Notes under the pieces: generated by a model
Databases searched by the model: none
Seen by the model: the letters and a program-made list of their open reading frames with translations, nothing else
Told to the model about the DNA's origin: nothing
DNA from: Eledone cirrhosa
Taxonomy: Eukaryota
NCBI GenBank assembly: GCA_964016885.1
Contig: OZ024743.1
Location: forward strand, 40,796,001-40,860,000
Direction: 5' to 3'
DNA: 64,000 nucleotides
In this document: piece by piece, positions 27,666 to 41,268 of the stretch
Numbering within the stretch: the first letter of the stretch is position 1
How the letters are laid out: every line of letters begins with the position of its first letter
Position numbers and translations under genes: made by a program

Positions 27666-28711
27666 AATGTATATAGATATAGATATATATATATGAGTAT
27701 GTGTGTAAGTGTGTGTCTGTGAGCATGTATGCATAATGTTATCAAGTTATATATTTTAAACCCTACGGTGGATTTACTAAATACAAGTAAATGAAAAGAG
27801 CACATGGAAAATTGAATGGAATGGAAGAAATGGGGAGGTGGTACGCTTATATTTTTGGCTGCATACCATATTTCAGCTGCACTACCTGCACCATATAGCA
27901 AAATCAGTGACGAAAAGAACATTCAATGATACTCGCTGCATGAAGCATTGCAACTTGCGGTGTTCCTTCCTCTGACGGGATACATTCGTTCCGATTTAGT
28001 AATGGAATAATGTCGTCTAGGATCGCTGACATCGGATGACTTAATGCATTTCGCTAGTTGCTCTCGTCCACGCTAGATACAAAGTTAGAATAAATATACG
28101 TGTCACATGTACATTGACATCTATACACTTACATCACATCTATGTTGCAAACTTTTTCGTACATTTGTCAGAATTAGTCTAAACGCACGCAGCATTTGAC
28201 CCTATATGACACTGAATTTGATTGATAGTGAGAAAAACATATCGATTTGAGATTATTGATCATATTTGTTAGGCAGAGAACTTTCACCAACACATACCAT
28301 AAAGCTAGACAATAGTTAATATAATTATCGACCCTATTTTTGTGGTAGAGTATCTTGAAATGTTCAATAAATGAATAGCGCTATATCTGTTTAAAGCCAG
28401 AAAGGCAGAGCTGCAGTGTTGGAAAGACACAATATATTAGAATTCAATAATATATGAAAGAACATTGACTATTAAGAATGAATCTCGAAGCAGAAAGGTT
28501 TAAAGTGACAAAGGCTGGCAGCTGCATCTTGTGACATTTCAATATATCATCTGCAAGAGAGAGCTAGATGGATATCAGTAGATATTTCATTGTGTTTGAA
28601 ACATGAACAGAGGAAGCTCAGTCATCTAAAAACTTCAATAAATATTAGGAAAAGTAACCAAGAGAAACTCGGCACCCCGGCTGATGTTTCCACAATGATA
28701 ATGACTAGATG

Positions 28712-28835
28712 ACATCGCTTAGCCGTTACTCTTCTGGGCGCATGGTCATACGGTCGTGAGTTCGAATCACGAACAAAGCAGCTCGCTGTGTCCCTGAGCG
28801 AGATGCATTATTTCAGGTTCCAGGTTACCCAGAGA
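28712..28835 (+). mobile_element. Degraded tRNA-derived SINE head of a second family
   Basis: B-box GAGTTCGAATC followed by TGTGTCCCTGAGCGAG, which resembles the GTGTCCTTGAGCAAG central motif of many metazoan SINEs. Confidence 0.45.
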
Positions 28836-29477
28836 AAAAAAAAGATTTGCCCCAACATGCGTGCCAAGCTGTATTGGCATTCTTCTTAGACAACACGTAT
28901 ATCGTGGCTAAGGTAGACTTGCGTGCATTAAACAATGTTTGTCTTCCACAAAACGGCTTGTAGAGGTAAACCAATAATGCATAACTCATGGCCTGCTATG
29001 ACCGAACGCGACACTTTCTTAATCTTTTATTAACTGAATGTGACCAGATCTGGCAAAAAGTTTAGGCGCTCAAGGTTTTAAGTTTATATGCATTCACGAG
29101 CAGACACAAATACACGCTCAACCCTCTTTTCATTGATCGAATGCAACATGCGGGTATGACACCTTGAACGGGAGACGGCTGCCATATCAAGAGAATGAAA
29201 AAAATAATAACTTAGAGCATGGATACCCGAATTAAATATCTAAAGCTTCTTCAGATTATCCCAAATCGACCAATGTTGATTCTGTTGATGTGAAATAATT
29301 AGAAATATTCGTTTGAGCAACACGTCTACAAAGCTCATAAAGACCGTTGGGAATTTACGAGGATAACAATACATTCTGCCTTGTTTATGTTGATATATAT
29401 ATATTTGTCATTAATGAAACAAGGAAAATGACTTGAAAAAAAGTGAAAATGTATGTATTCTTTTTTTGCGGAGGACT

Positions 29478-29603
29478 TTTATGTTTGTCGGTAGAGAGGC
29501 AGATTAAAAGAATCTCAAATTTATGTTTGTCGGTAGAGAGGCAGATTAAAAGAATCTCAAATTTATGTTTGTCGGTAGAGAGGCAGATTAAAAGAATCTC
29601 AAA
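29478..29603. repeat. Perfect 42-bp tandem triplication
   Basis: TTTATGTTTGTCGGTAGAGAGGCAGATTAAAAGAATCTCAAA three times, with no spacers. Confidence 0.95.
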
Positions 29604-29982
29604 TTTTCTTTTCGGGTTTGAGAATTAAAGTAACATTCCAGGCGTTGGTGTATTTTTAAACGAGTAATAAAAGTGGCTTTGAATTATTTCATCCGGCTCT
29701 GTGTGTTTTGAGTTCAAATCTCAACTGGTTGTAAAAATCATACAGAGGGTTTGGGTGTGTATGATCCGGCTGAGTATTTGCTGAGTTTAAATCTCACTTA
29801 CTTCTGCTACATGTTGTGACCAGCACCTAGTATCAACAATAAAGAAAAACACTAAGGGGATGTTGTTTTCGTGGACCGCTCTGATAATCAGCTTTTTACT
29901 TTCCATGTTAATATATAAGTTCGTCACTAATGCAAAAAATACGCCAAATTATTCAGACGGCAAAATGTTCGTATTTACCATC

Positions 29983-30085
<103 letters not shown>

Positions 30086-30144
30086 CTCTTTCTCTCTCTC
30101 TATTATATATATATATATACACGTATATATATATATATATATAC

Positions 30145-30265
<121 letters not shown>

Positions 30266-30832
30266 TATACATATATATATATATGTCTCAGAGTGTGTGC
30301 GTTTGTGCGAGAGCATGTGATTGTATATATGTATTCGTGTATGTGTGTGCGTGTGTGAATGTGTGTAATCTATATTTGTCCTTAACACACCTGATGACAT
30401 CAATGTAGATGATAATTACAAATACAGGAACAATTAGAGATTAATGCAGAAGGCTACTGAAATCACAAAATAAAAAAAATAATGACAATGAAGAAAAAGA
30501 TTACACCGAACTAGTAATTGATAAAAACAACAACAAAAACGGCGATAAAAAACAAAAACAAAAACAAAAAACAAGAGGGCTGTCTGAGTACAATGGGAAC
30601 AAGTATGACAATATATAAATAAAGGTGAACAGAGATGACGAAAAAGTATTTGAAAAAAAAAAATTAATTGTAAATAAAGGAATTTGATTCGATAAATGTT
30701 GATAGCGTTAAGTTTATAAGGAAGTATATTGAAATTGATAGCTCAATGGCACTTACTATACTACACTGGTGAACATTATGATGATGGGGATGGGTGGGTA
30801 TTGAAATGAAATGGGTACTGAGATATATACAA

Positions 30833-30865
<33 letters not shown>

Positions 30866-31119
30866 AGAGTATTGAAGTTTGCTTGAAGCATTGTGGAACA
30901 ATAAGTAAATATCTTTAAGTCGTTTGGAAGCCTCGACAATGCAAATGGGTAAATCTCCGGGTAACAAGGTCCGGTGGTGGAGAGAGAGATGTAATTGGGT
31001 GTACGTTGAGATGCGTGGTGTGTATAAGATGTGTGAGATGTGTAGAATGATGGAAGAGTATAAAGGTTAAAATAAAAATAACAACACAAGAGAGAGTTAC
31101 TTGGGAGAGATTTAATAGT

Positions 31120-31155
31120 CCCTATATATTTCGGATTCACATCCATCAACTGGGG
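31120..31155 (-). ncRNA. Variant hammerhead-like motif (CAGUUGA core) in the left pseudo-LTR
   Basis: Reverse complement of the motif at 33236-33271. Confidence 0.6.
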
Positions 31156-31394
31156 TTTTTTTCCGGGGTGGGGGAAAAGGTTGTCTGTCGGACAAGTCCG
31201 GAACGCGTCTTTCGCTGTTTGTTGTTTTGAATATCTGAGGTATTCGGCAGAGCGCGCGTGCGCGTGAAATGGGGTCGGTCGTACAGAGGTCAGCGGCCGA
31301 ATGAGGGAGTGGGATGGCGCTAGCTGTCAGTCCATTCTCTGCCTGTTTGTTAAATGTTACTGTGTGTGTGTGTGCGTGTGTTGTTGTCTCTCTT

Positions 31395-31497
<103 letters not shown>

Positions 31498-31515
31498 GTT
31501 GCCTTGTTCATCTGT

Positions 31516-32814
31516 CGGGACACGTTAACAGCCCGAGGAGGTGTTGAAGCGCCTGCATCAAATGGATCCCGACACCAGAAGGAATAACAGATATGCCTTC
31601 AGCCTTGATGTAGTCGCTCTCTACACCTCGGTCCCGGCACTCCCGGCCGTCAATATACTAATGGAACGCGTCCAATCCACCGACCTACACTGCTTCGGGC
31701 TCACCACCACTTACATCCACCAACTCCTGTCCATCGTCGTCGACAACACCTACTTCGGATTCCTTGACCAAATATACCAACAAACCTCGGAATTGCCCAT
31801 GGGATCAAGCCTATCAGGTGTGCTAGCGATCTCCTACATGGACAACCTCGAACGCAAGGCACTCAACACCTGCCACCCCAACGCCGTAGCCTTTTTCTCA
31901 AGATACGTGGACGATATCCTCATCCTCACATCTTTCCAAGACACGGCGAACAGAATCTATGAGACGTTCAACAACACGGACGAGAACATTGACTTCAGTG
32001 TTGAACACCCCAACGAAGACGGGTCACTTGCCCTCCTCGACTTCCAAATCAACATCACGGAACAAGGAGGGATCCACTGCAACTTGTACAGAAAGGCAGC
32101 CTGCAGGGACCTATTCGTTCACTACAAGTGCGCCCTCCCTAACAGTGCCAAAAGAGGATACATCACGAACGAGATCGCGCGAATCAAAAACAGATGCAGC
32201 GATCCCGCGAGTGGTGTCACTCATACCAAGCGATTTCTCGAGGTGCTGGAGACGAACGGGTACCCTACCTCGATCACAGACAGAACAGGAGACACCAGAC
32301 GCAAGAGACAGAGAAGCACCCAAAGCAAGTGCTTCCTTAAAATGCCACACCTGGGCGAGAAAACCACCAACGCTATCCGCAAGGCTATACGGAGGGAGGG
32401 CCTCGCATCCACCTGGCCCACTCGGGCCCCTCCCTGCGAAGATGTCTCTCCAGGAAACCCGAAAAATCTACTGACGCATGCTCCCTCAGAGACTGCCCGA
32501 TACGCCATGCTAACTGTTGCCTACGCACATACGTCGTGTATAAGATAGAATGTGACAGGTGCAACCAATACTACATAGGTAGCACAATTCGAACTTTGCA
32601 CATCCGGATCAAGGAACACACTAAAACCAGGGCCTCGTCTTTCCGGAAACACATAGACAAATGCGGAAACAAAGACGGAAGGCCCATTGTTACAATTCTA
32701 GAGACTGAAAGAAACGTCGGCACGTTACGTATCAAGGAAGCGCTTTTTATCAAACGACTGCAACCGCAAATAAACAACCGATCAGAGAGAAGCGAAATGA
32801 AATGGTTGGTTTAA
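31516..32814 (+). pseudogene. PLE RT-GIY-YIG polyprotein, 5'-truncated and frameshifted
   Basis: ORFs 31541-32548 and 32536-32814 join through a frameshift near 32405. Confidence 0.9.
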
Positions 32815-32953
32815 GTTAACAAGCGATGCAACAACACACAACACACACACACACACACGCAAACGAGACACCTACACACACACACGCACACACACACAAT
32901 AGCATTCTACCATACGAACATACTACATTGCCAATACAGATGAACAAGGCAAC

Positions 32954-32998
<45 letters not shown>

Positions 32999-33235
32999 AA
33001 GCGAGACAACAACACACGCACACACACACAGTAACATTTAACAAACAGGCAGAGAATGGACTGACAGCTAGCGCCATCCCACTCCCTCATTCGGCCGCTG
33101 ACCTCTGTACAACCGACCCCATTCCACGCGCACACGCGCTCTGCCGAATGCCTCAGATATTCAAAACAACAAACAGCGAAAGACGCGTTCCGGACTTGTC
33201 CGACAGACAACCTTTTCCCCCACCCCGGACATAAA

Positions 33236-33271
33236 CCCCAGTTGATGGATGTGAATCCGAAATATATAGGG
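33236..33271 (+). ncRNA. Variant hammerhead-like motif (CAGUUGA core) in the right pseudo-LTR
   Basis: CCC-CAGTTGA-T-GGAT-gtga-ATCC-GAAA-TATA-TA^GGG, then ATTAAA. Stem I CCC/GGG, stem II capped by a GNRA loop, palindromic stem III. Confidence 0.6.
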
Positions 33272-33473
33272 ACTATTAAATCTCTCCCAAGTAACTCTCT
33301 CTTGTGTTGTTATTTTAATTTTAACCTTTATACTCTTCCCTCATTCTACACATCTCACACATCTTATACACACCACGCATCTCAACGTACACCCAATTAC
33401 ATCTCTCTCTTCACCACCGGACCTTGTTACCCGGAGATTTACCCATTTGCATTGTCGAGGCTTCCAAACGACT

Positions 33474-33520
<47 letters not shown>

Positions 33521-33807
33521 CCCTCTGCCTCTATCTTTACTTTCGGCCCTTGAAACAATTTATTCCACTTCATTTACTCTCATCTCGGGAACAGTTTTGG
33601 ATAGCGCTAGTTCGTAATTTAAATTCAAGAATTTTATATTCTTCGAATGAAAAGAACCTTCTGACGAGAATCTTTCTTTGCAACGAAGGCCGTATTGTCT
33701 CCGTTTATTTTTGAGATTCGAAACCGATTCGGTAAAGGTAACTATAGTAATTAAAGTTAACTTTTCAAAATTTATTTTGAAACTTTTTCATTATTTGCTA
33801 AACCTTG

Positions 33808-33917
<110 letters not shown>

Positions 33918-34425
33918 TATATATATATAGACGTGTGTGGTGAGCTTGACTACGTGTGTATAAATATGTACCTGTGTGCATAGAAATGGATAAATGTGTA
34001 TTTAACTTTATATTATCTCTCACCCTGCCCTCTCTTTCTCTCTGTATATATACACACAAACATATATACGTGAGTGTGTGTGTGTGTGTGGATCTATATA
34101 TGCACACACATTCGCAAAATACACGCGGAAGCTCACAGATATATGTATATATTCATGTACACATCAGTCCATCTATTTTGCATATCGATTCCCTAAATCA
34201 ACACACTCGCACACACACACTCACACACATACATATGTGTATAAGTGTGTCTTTGTGTGCATGTGTATATGTAATCAAATAGGTCCTGATTTGCCTCTGT
34301 TCAGCTTTTTGCTCCTAGACAGAATTATTTTATGGAAAATTTAATTACGGAGAAATGCCAAGGGGCTGGGGAAAGTAAAAGAATGTATTGTGAAATGAAT
34401 AATGCAAAATATAGAATTATATTAT

Positions 34426-34519
<94 letters not shown>

Positions 34520-34551
34520 ATGTATATGTATATATATATATATATATACAC

Positions 34552-34588
<37 letters not shown>

Positions 34589-34866
34589 CACACACGCACA
34601 CACATATATATGTGAACGTGTGTGTGTGTTTGAGTGTATATGTATGTGTGTGTGTTATGAACACATATAGATGTGAACAATGTATATATCATCATCATCA
34701 TCACCATTGTCAGTTAACATTCTTTTTTCTAGCTATTCATGAGGACTATACACATATAGATACATGTGTTCCCTCTTTCTCTCAAACACACACACATATA
34801 TACATATGCATATATCTATGTATGTATATATGAATATATATATATATGAATATATATATATATATA

Positions 34867-34989
<123 letters not shown>

Positions 34990-34992
34990 TTA

Positions 34993-35032
<40 letters not shown>

Positions 35033-35043
35033 CACATATATGA

Positions 35044-35119
<76 letters not shown>

Positions 35120-35201
35120 ACATTTAGGTAATTTATTCCGGGTTCAATCGGAGGGAACCACAGTAAGTAAGGTACTCAATAAATAGCAGAGTATAACAGT
35201 T

Positions 35202-35324
35202 TTAATATAGAAGAGATTCTACAGGACTAGAATTGTCTCATTCGTGAGAAAACATCAGGAATCAGGGATTCCTGATGATATCTCACGAATAAAACAGTTC
35301 TAGTCCTGTAGAATATTTTCTATA

Positions 35325-35328
<4 letters not shown>
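35202..35328. repeat. Imperfect palindrome (about 62-bp arms) containing a decayed hammerhead core
   Basis: Centre CATCAGGAATC-agg-GATTCCTGATGA; arms include TTCTACAGGACTAGAA/TTCTAGTCCTGTAGAA. Confidence 0.88.
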
Positions 35329-35412
<84 letters not shown>

Positions 35413-35435
35413 GAGGGTTGAAAACAGAATATTAA

Positions 35436-36181
35436 ATAGATCGGAGGCCATATGCAGCTGTTTTCAAGTTCATTTTCATCTGCATATGTTACTGATGTTG
35501 ACGGCTAGGAAGTTTTATTACTACCCATTTCACCAGCCCTTTATAATTTATACCATGCTGTTTCACTTATAGTTTACGTTTCAGATCATAATTTAATATA
35601 ACTTAACTTTAATTCACCTTTATGGGTCACACACATTCTTTATATTTACTTTAAGTTTCACAGTCATCCCACACTTTTCAATTTTTTACAGCACTCACTA
35701 ATGGCTTCCTATCGGTAGAAAAGTTGGCCCGGAGATATCGATCGGTTTCATTGCTGTCTATTAAATCTCTATGGAACATTCCTACTGTTTGCACCCCAAA
35801 CTAAACTTTCTCATTATATCGAAATATTCCACTCTTACGCTCCGCTCATCAAAGGCATGTATCTCCCAGGCTTGAGTTCTGGACATGTGGATGACAACAT
35901 ATAGCTATATTTAAGAGTGGACCTAGCGATGGAGATTTAATCTCATACATTATCATTTTATAAAGCAAATAAATGTTTCGTGGGAGTATTTTGAATTGCT
36001 TTTAAGAATTTAAAGAAAAATTAAGTTGTATGAAATTGTTTACATATTTTTATTCAATCTGAGGAGCTCAGGCTCATTAACTGGGTAGTAAGTAAAATAT
36101 CTAGCTGTCAATCTTTGAGAAATATTTACCATGAAAATGAAAATAAAACTGAATACAACTGCATATGGCATTCGATCTATT
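35436..36181. mobile_element. MITE-like element with degenerate terminal inverted repeats
   Basis: ATAGATCGGAGGCCATATGCAGCTGTTTTCA at about 35437 versus TGAATACAACTGCATATGGCATTCGATCTAT at about 36150; no ORF. Confidence 0.45.
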
Positions 36182-36494
36182 CGATCAGTAGCTTGTACGA
36201 TTTATACATGTCGTTGAGCGATTCATTTTATCTGCATAACAGCCAACGGGCTAAAATGTGCTTTGCAAAATCCCAGTAGGTTAGCCACATATAATATATA
36301 TATACGAATGAGCAAGGAGCCCCTATGGATGAGCTCAGCCGTCAGGAACCTGACTCATTCGTATAACCATACTCAACTACACCAAGTATCGAGCACTCTT
36401 GTGATTAATGGTCTTACAATAACTGAAACCACCTTGATTGATATATACATACATGCATACATACATACATAAACACACACACACACACACACAT

Positions 36495-36574
<80 letters not shown>

Positions 36575-36696
36575 GTGTATATATATACATATATATATAT
36601 ATACACTTTGTGAGAGCCTGTGCATATATATATATATATATTTACGTATACGTGCTTTCTGAGTATATGAAAAGTAACAAAGCAGCCATCACCTAC

Positions 36697-36804
36697 CTTG
36701 TATCGTGTAACGTTTTTTCCTTGCAGAGTTCCCGTATGTTATTCGATCTGGTACACCACAGCGAGGTAATTGCATCATTCGCTTTGTCTCCAAATCAATT
36801 TTAC
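36697..36804 (-). CDS. Internal coding exon of a matrix metalloproteinase (M10A): end of propeptide with cysteine switch and furin site
   Basis: Minus strand has acceptor ttttgtccctttcag|G and donor CAAG|gtaggt; 108 nt, phase 1-1. Encodes (G)[35 protein letters not shown](G). PRCGVPD is the MMP cysteine switch and RKKR|Y is the proprotein-convertase site seen in MT-MMPs and invertebrate Mmp1-like enzymes. Confidence 0.93.
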
Positions 36805-37011
36805 CTGAAAGGGACAAAATAAAATAAAAAAAATGTGAAAATATAGCAAAAGTGATTAAAAACTCGACTTTTTCTCTTGTTCCAAAGTATGAATTTGAAA
36901 AAATGTGGTATTTTTCTCTCTCTTCACTCTGACACATAAATCTACACGTAAGCATACATTCGTTTACACACTTACAGACTTAAAATTGTATATATACATA
37001 AATATAAATAT

Positions 37012-37077
<66 letters not shown>

Positions 37078-37596
37078 TGTTTTGTGTAATCTTTTATTTA
37101 GTCTCATTCCTCGGTAATTTTTCAATAAAGATACATTTTTTCCAATTCTTGAACTGTCAGATCTTATTCCTTATTTGTTTATCATGATGGACGTATGTAT
37201 ATATGTGTATGTGTGTATATGTCCTTTCATATGTGTACGTGAAAATATATGTTTGCCCTCATCGGTGTGTGTATATATGAGTATATATATATTTATATAT
37301 ATATATATGTGTGTGTGTACGCATGCATATGTGTATGTATCTACATGTATCTAAGTAAGTATGAATAGAAATATGTATGTATGTATGAAAAAATGCATAC
37401 ATGTATGTATTTATGTATGTACATGAGTATATATGTTTGTACCTACCTTCGTTTATATGCATGGATGCATGTATGTATATATTCATGTGCATACCGAATC
37501 ACGTGTCTTAGTGGGTAGTGTGTTTAATATACGAGCAAAAATAAGATTCTGATGCGACGGAGATCCAGTACATGGATTTATACATACATACATGTA

Positions 37597-37642
<46 letters not shown>

Positions 37643-37676
37643 TATATATATATATAGATATATAGATATAGTAATA

Positions 37677-37822
37677 ATTGTTTCTACTTTTGGAACAAAG
37701 CCAGCAATAACCCAGTGCATTACTGGTACTTTATTTTATCGTCCCCGTAAGGATGAAAGGCGAAGTTAACCTCGGCGGGATTTGAACTCAGATTATAAAG
37801 GCACGTAACTCTATGCTTCAAA
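37677..37822 (-). mobile_element. 5'-truncated SINE copy
   Basis: B-box, core and tail as in the other copies. Confidence 0.88.
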
Positions 37823-37963
37823 GTAATACTGATAAATGTGAAGACTAAAATCCAACGAGGGCTCGATAAGAGTAAATATATATTAAATATATAGGATCCC
37901 GTTAAGGTGAAAGCAGCGATACTTTGCTTAAACTTCTTTAATCTGTTATTTTAACATATATAT

Positions 37964-38069
<106 letters not shown>

Positions 38070-38374
38070 AAACAAAAAATCAGTGATGCTACTGAACTCA
38101 AATTATTGTGTGTTTCAATTGTTTCGCCGGCGGACAGCTCGAAGGAGGAACGTGTATGCGTAGGAGCTAGTACACAGGGGAAGCATGAGATATACAGAAA
38201 ATATAATATATGTTACAAGATGGAATACGTGGAGAATATGGACTCTCTATTGAAAAGACACAAATGCATGGGGGTGCATGGACCGGCCATACTGGAGTAT
38301 TTCACTGTGGTTGAGGTATATTGTCCTATAGGTGTAATGCATTTGATATATATATATGTGTGTGAGGAGAGGTG

Positions 38375-38500
38375 TGTAAAAGGTAAACAGAAATAACAAA
38401 ACAATCGGTACAGTATATGGAAGGGATATATTAGGTTAACGCTTGATATAGCAGGAAGAGGGTCTTAACGTTTCGGACGCTAGTCCTTCATCAGATGAAA
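38375..38500 (-). mobile_element. Penelope-type terminal repeat with hammerhead motif; related copy at 63520-63605 (+)
   Basis: Minus strand CTGATGA-A-GGAC-tagc-GTCC-GAAACGTTA-AGACCCTCTTCCTGCTAT...TACCGATTGT. The 63520 copy has GCGTCCGAAACGTTAGGGGCCTCTTCCTGCTATGTCAAGTACCGATTGT. Confidence 0.75.
38463..38497 (-). ncRNA. Minimal hammerhead ribozyme motif with canonical CUGAUGA core
   Basis: CTGATGA, 4-bp stem II GGAC/GTCC, GAAA and palindromic AACGTT; stem I is weak. Confidence 0.6.
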
Positions 38501-38632
38501 GAATGAGAATTAAGATAGATTGAAGTGACGATCGGGATGGATTTGGAAAAAATGTCTTTAGATAAATATAACGGGACCATTCATGTTGACATCTCTTGCA
38601 AAACCTTTGCTGCTGGCGTTTTGTGTATGATT

Positions 38633-38805
<173 letters not shown>

Positions 38806-38870
38806 AAAGATGAAATCGAAAATGCAACTGGAGTCTTATTTTTAAAATATATATATATATTTATTTGGTT

Positions 38871-38908
38871 CCTTTACCGGTTTCGCAGTTCTTCTGCTTT
38901 TCAAAAGT
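38871..38908 (-). ncRNA. Hammerhead-like variant (UUGAAAA core)
   Basis: CTT-TTGAAAA-GCAG-aagaa-CTGC-GAA-ACCGGT-A^AAG, followed by AATAAA. Confidence 0.5.
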
Positions 38909-39113
38909 AGAGCTGTGATGGAGGGTCTGTGGTTTTTCTCACATCTGGTTGGTCTTTGAATGTTACTTGTCTTATATGGAGAAAAGTGGCTCGAAACGCC
39001 AGGTTTTTAGAGCAGTAATTTGATTGGTTGGTCAATAAGTATAATAAATTTCGCGCCAGTTCGCGTTACAAAGTTCTTCATACAGGGGGGGGGGGGGGGG
39101 GGCTCATGTTGGA

Positions 39114-39735
39114 TTTTCATATATGAGTGAAGTTTGGTTGGTTGATGCAGTCACGTAAATAAGGACAGCAGCTTTTGCGGTAGTTTGTTTGAATTTCTTA
39201 TTACTTAAAAAAGACTTTTTTTTTTCCTTTTTTTAATAAATGTAATTTAATTGGTTATAAATGAAATTATATACCTGTCACGTCTACAAGTTTATTAAAT
39301 TTCGCGCCCGTATTTCGGAATTTATTTTGTAGCCTTTTAGAGAATTTTATGACAAACAAAAGATAATGGTCAAGAGAAAAGGGATGGGGGGAATTGTTTT
39401 GGTTCAGTGAATATGGCAGGTTGTTTTTTCATATATGAGTGAAGTTTGGTCGGTTGATGCAGTCGCATGAATAAGCACATCAGCTTTGGCGTCAGTTTGT
39501 TTGAATTTCTTTTTACTTTCAAAAAAGTGGTTCAGGAAGGCTTTTTTTAAATAAATGTAATTTGATTGGTTATAAATGAAATTATAACTGTCACGAGAAG
39601 AAGTTCATTAAGTTTCGCGCCCGTATTTGGGAATTTATTTTGTAGCCTTTTAGAGTATTTTATGTCAAACAAAAGATAATGGTCAAGAAAAATGGGATGG
39701 GAGAATTGTTCTGGTTCAGTGAATATGGGTGGTTC
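39114..39735. repeat. Tandem duplication of an approximately 310-bp unit
   Basis: TTTTCATATATGAGTGAAGTTTGGT...TGGTTCAGTGAATATGG occurs at about 39114-39418 and again at about 39426-39728. Confidence 0.9.
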
Positions 39736-39805
39736 GCTGGGGTGTCAGAATTCAGACTTTCTATTGAAATAAAGAAAGTAGAGATGTGTATGTTTATTTG
39801 CGTGC

Positions 39806-39883
<78 letters not shown>

Positions 39884-39999
39884 GCGTGTGTGTGTGTGTG
39901 CGTGCGTGCGTGCGTGTGTGTGTGTGTGTAAGGTTTATTTAGTTCGGGTTTTTATTTTCTAAAGAAGATATAGATACATACATATATATATATATATAT

Positions 40000-40858
40000 A
40001 ATGGAAAATTTGAACAGGAACAAAACAGAGAGGCAGTACAACGAATGTTTATTAATTTCACGCTCTGGAGAGTGGGATGGTGGTGGGGAACGACGTTTCG
40101 GCCATAAGCCCTTCCTCAGGTGAGAAGTGTGTGGGAAGAGAGTTCAAAGGGTGTGTAGTGGAGTGGTGGAGAGACATATAGCGAAAAGGAGGTGGGAGGA
40201 AATGGTGCGAATGAAATTAAAAATAAAAATAAAAATAAAGCATGATCAAAATAAAATGAAATGAAATAAAAATAAATATAAAAGCATGATCAAAATAAAC
40301 TGAAATTAAAAAGGGGTAAAACAGGTGGTGGAAGGGTGTGGGATGTGTAGGGTGGTGGCGGGTGGAGTGGGGAGAGGGAGACGGGGTGTCCGAGCGGGGA
40401 GGGCTGAAGGTGGTGTGTGTGTGTAGGTGTACGTGCGTGTGTGTGTGTGTATGTGAAAGCAAGGGTTGGGGGAAGAACGGGGTTGCATGTTCAGGAAGAG
40501 GTGTGTGTGGGGTGGGGTGTAGGTCGGAGTGTGTGTGCGTGTGTGGATAGAGGGTTGGGGGAAGAGGAATCCGGAGGCTGAAGGTGTAAATATGTGGTGG
40601 AAAGCACGTGTGTGTGGGGTTTAAGCGTGTTGTGGGTGTAGGTGGCGTGTGGGAGAAAAACAAATTTGTGTGTGTGTGTGGGGGAGTTATATAGGTGATT
40701 CCGTAAGAGGATGTGGTTGAAATGTTGGTAAACTCCTATGATGGTAATAGATTCCACGGTGGTCAAGTTCCACGTACGAGTATTCCATGAAGAGATTGTC
40801 GGAAGAGGAGAGATGTGGGGTGCGCGCACAACAGGAAGTGGTCAAGGCGGTGGGAGTG

Positions 40859-40862
<4 letters not shown>
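40000..40862 (-). mobile_element. Penelope-type 3' terminal region with hammerhead and polyadenylation signal
   Basis: C/A-rich tract on the minus strand, then CAC-CTGAGGA-AG-GGC-ttatg-GCC-GAAACGTC^GT (40089-40122), then AATAAA; (TA)n on both sides. Confidence 0.6.
40089..40122 (-). ncRNA. Minimal hammerhead ribozyme motif (CUGAGGA core, GUC site)
   Basis: Canonical CUGANGA and GAAA, palindromic ACGT stem III, GUC cleavage triplet. Confidence 0.6.
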
Positions 40863-40897
<35 letters not shown>

Positions 40898-41091
40898 CAT
40901 CCAAGCTGGTGGACTAAACACGTATGTGTATTTTTCTCGAATACATGTTCATGTGATTCGAAGGAAACCAAAAAAAAACCCCTAATCTGAGATTGTCTAA
41001 TGAAACTACTTACATATGCAGTATGAAAGGACATTGACCATATAGGAACTTAACGAAAGCAACGGAACTGTTTTGAGAATATTAGATATTC

Positions 41092-41268
41092 AATGGCAGT
41101 ATCGGTAGAGGGTCTGACGCCATGCTTTCCAGCATAATTACGTCCCTTTACAGTCTGTGTTCAAATCTCGCCGAGGTTAACTTTGCCTTTCATCCTTACG
41201 GGGTCAATAAAATAAAGTACCAGTAATGTACTGGGTAATTGCTGGTCTTGTGCCGAAAGTAGAAACAA
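41092..41268 (+). mobile_element. tRNA-derived SINE
   Basis: Same family: A and B boxes, core and tail. Confidence 0.9.

Noticed and set aside
29478-29603. CRISPR-like repeat array
   Set aside because: Three 42-bp units are directly adjacent with no spacers, no cas genes, and the context is eukaryotic.
30388-30420. CTGATGA-CATC-aatgta-GATG hairpin as a hammerhead
   Set aside because: Followed by ATAA rather than GAAA, with no stem I or III; may be chance or fully decayed.
33236-33271. SECIS element or selenoprotein-type PLE
   Set aside because: The UGA..GA pairing encloses only a 4-bp helix with no apical AAR, and I saw no in-frame UGA in the visible RT-EN frame.
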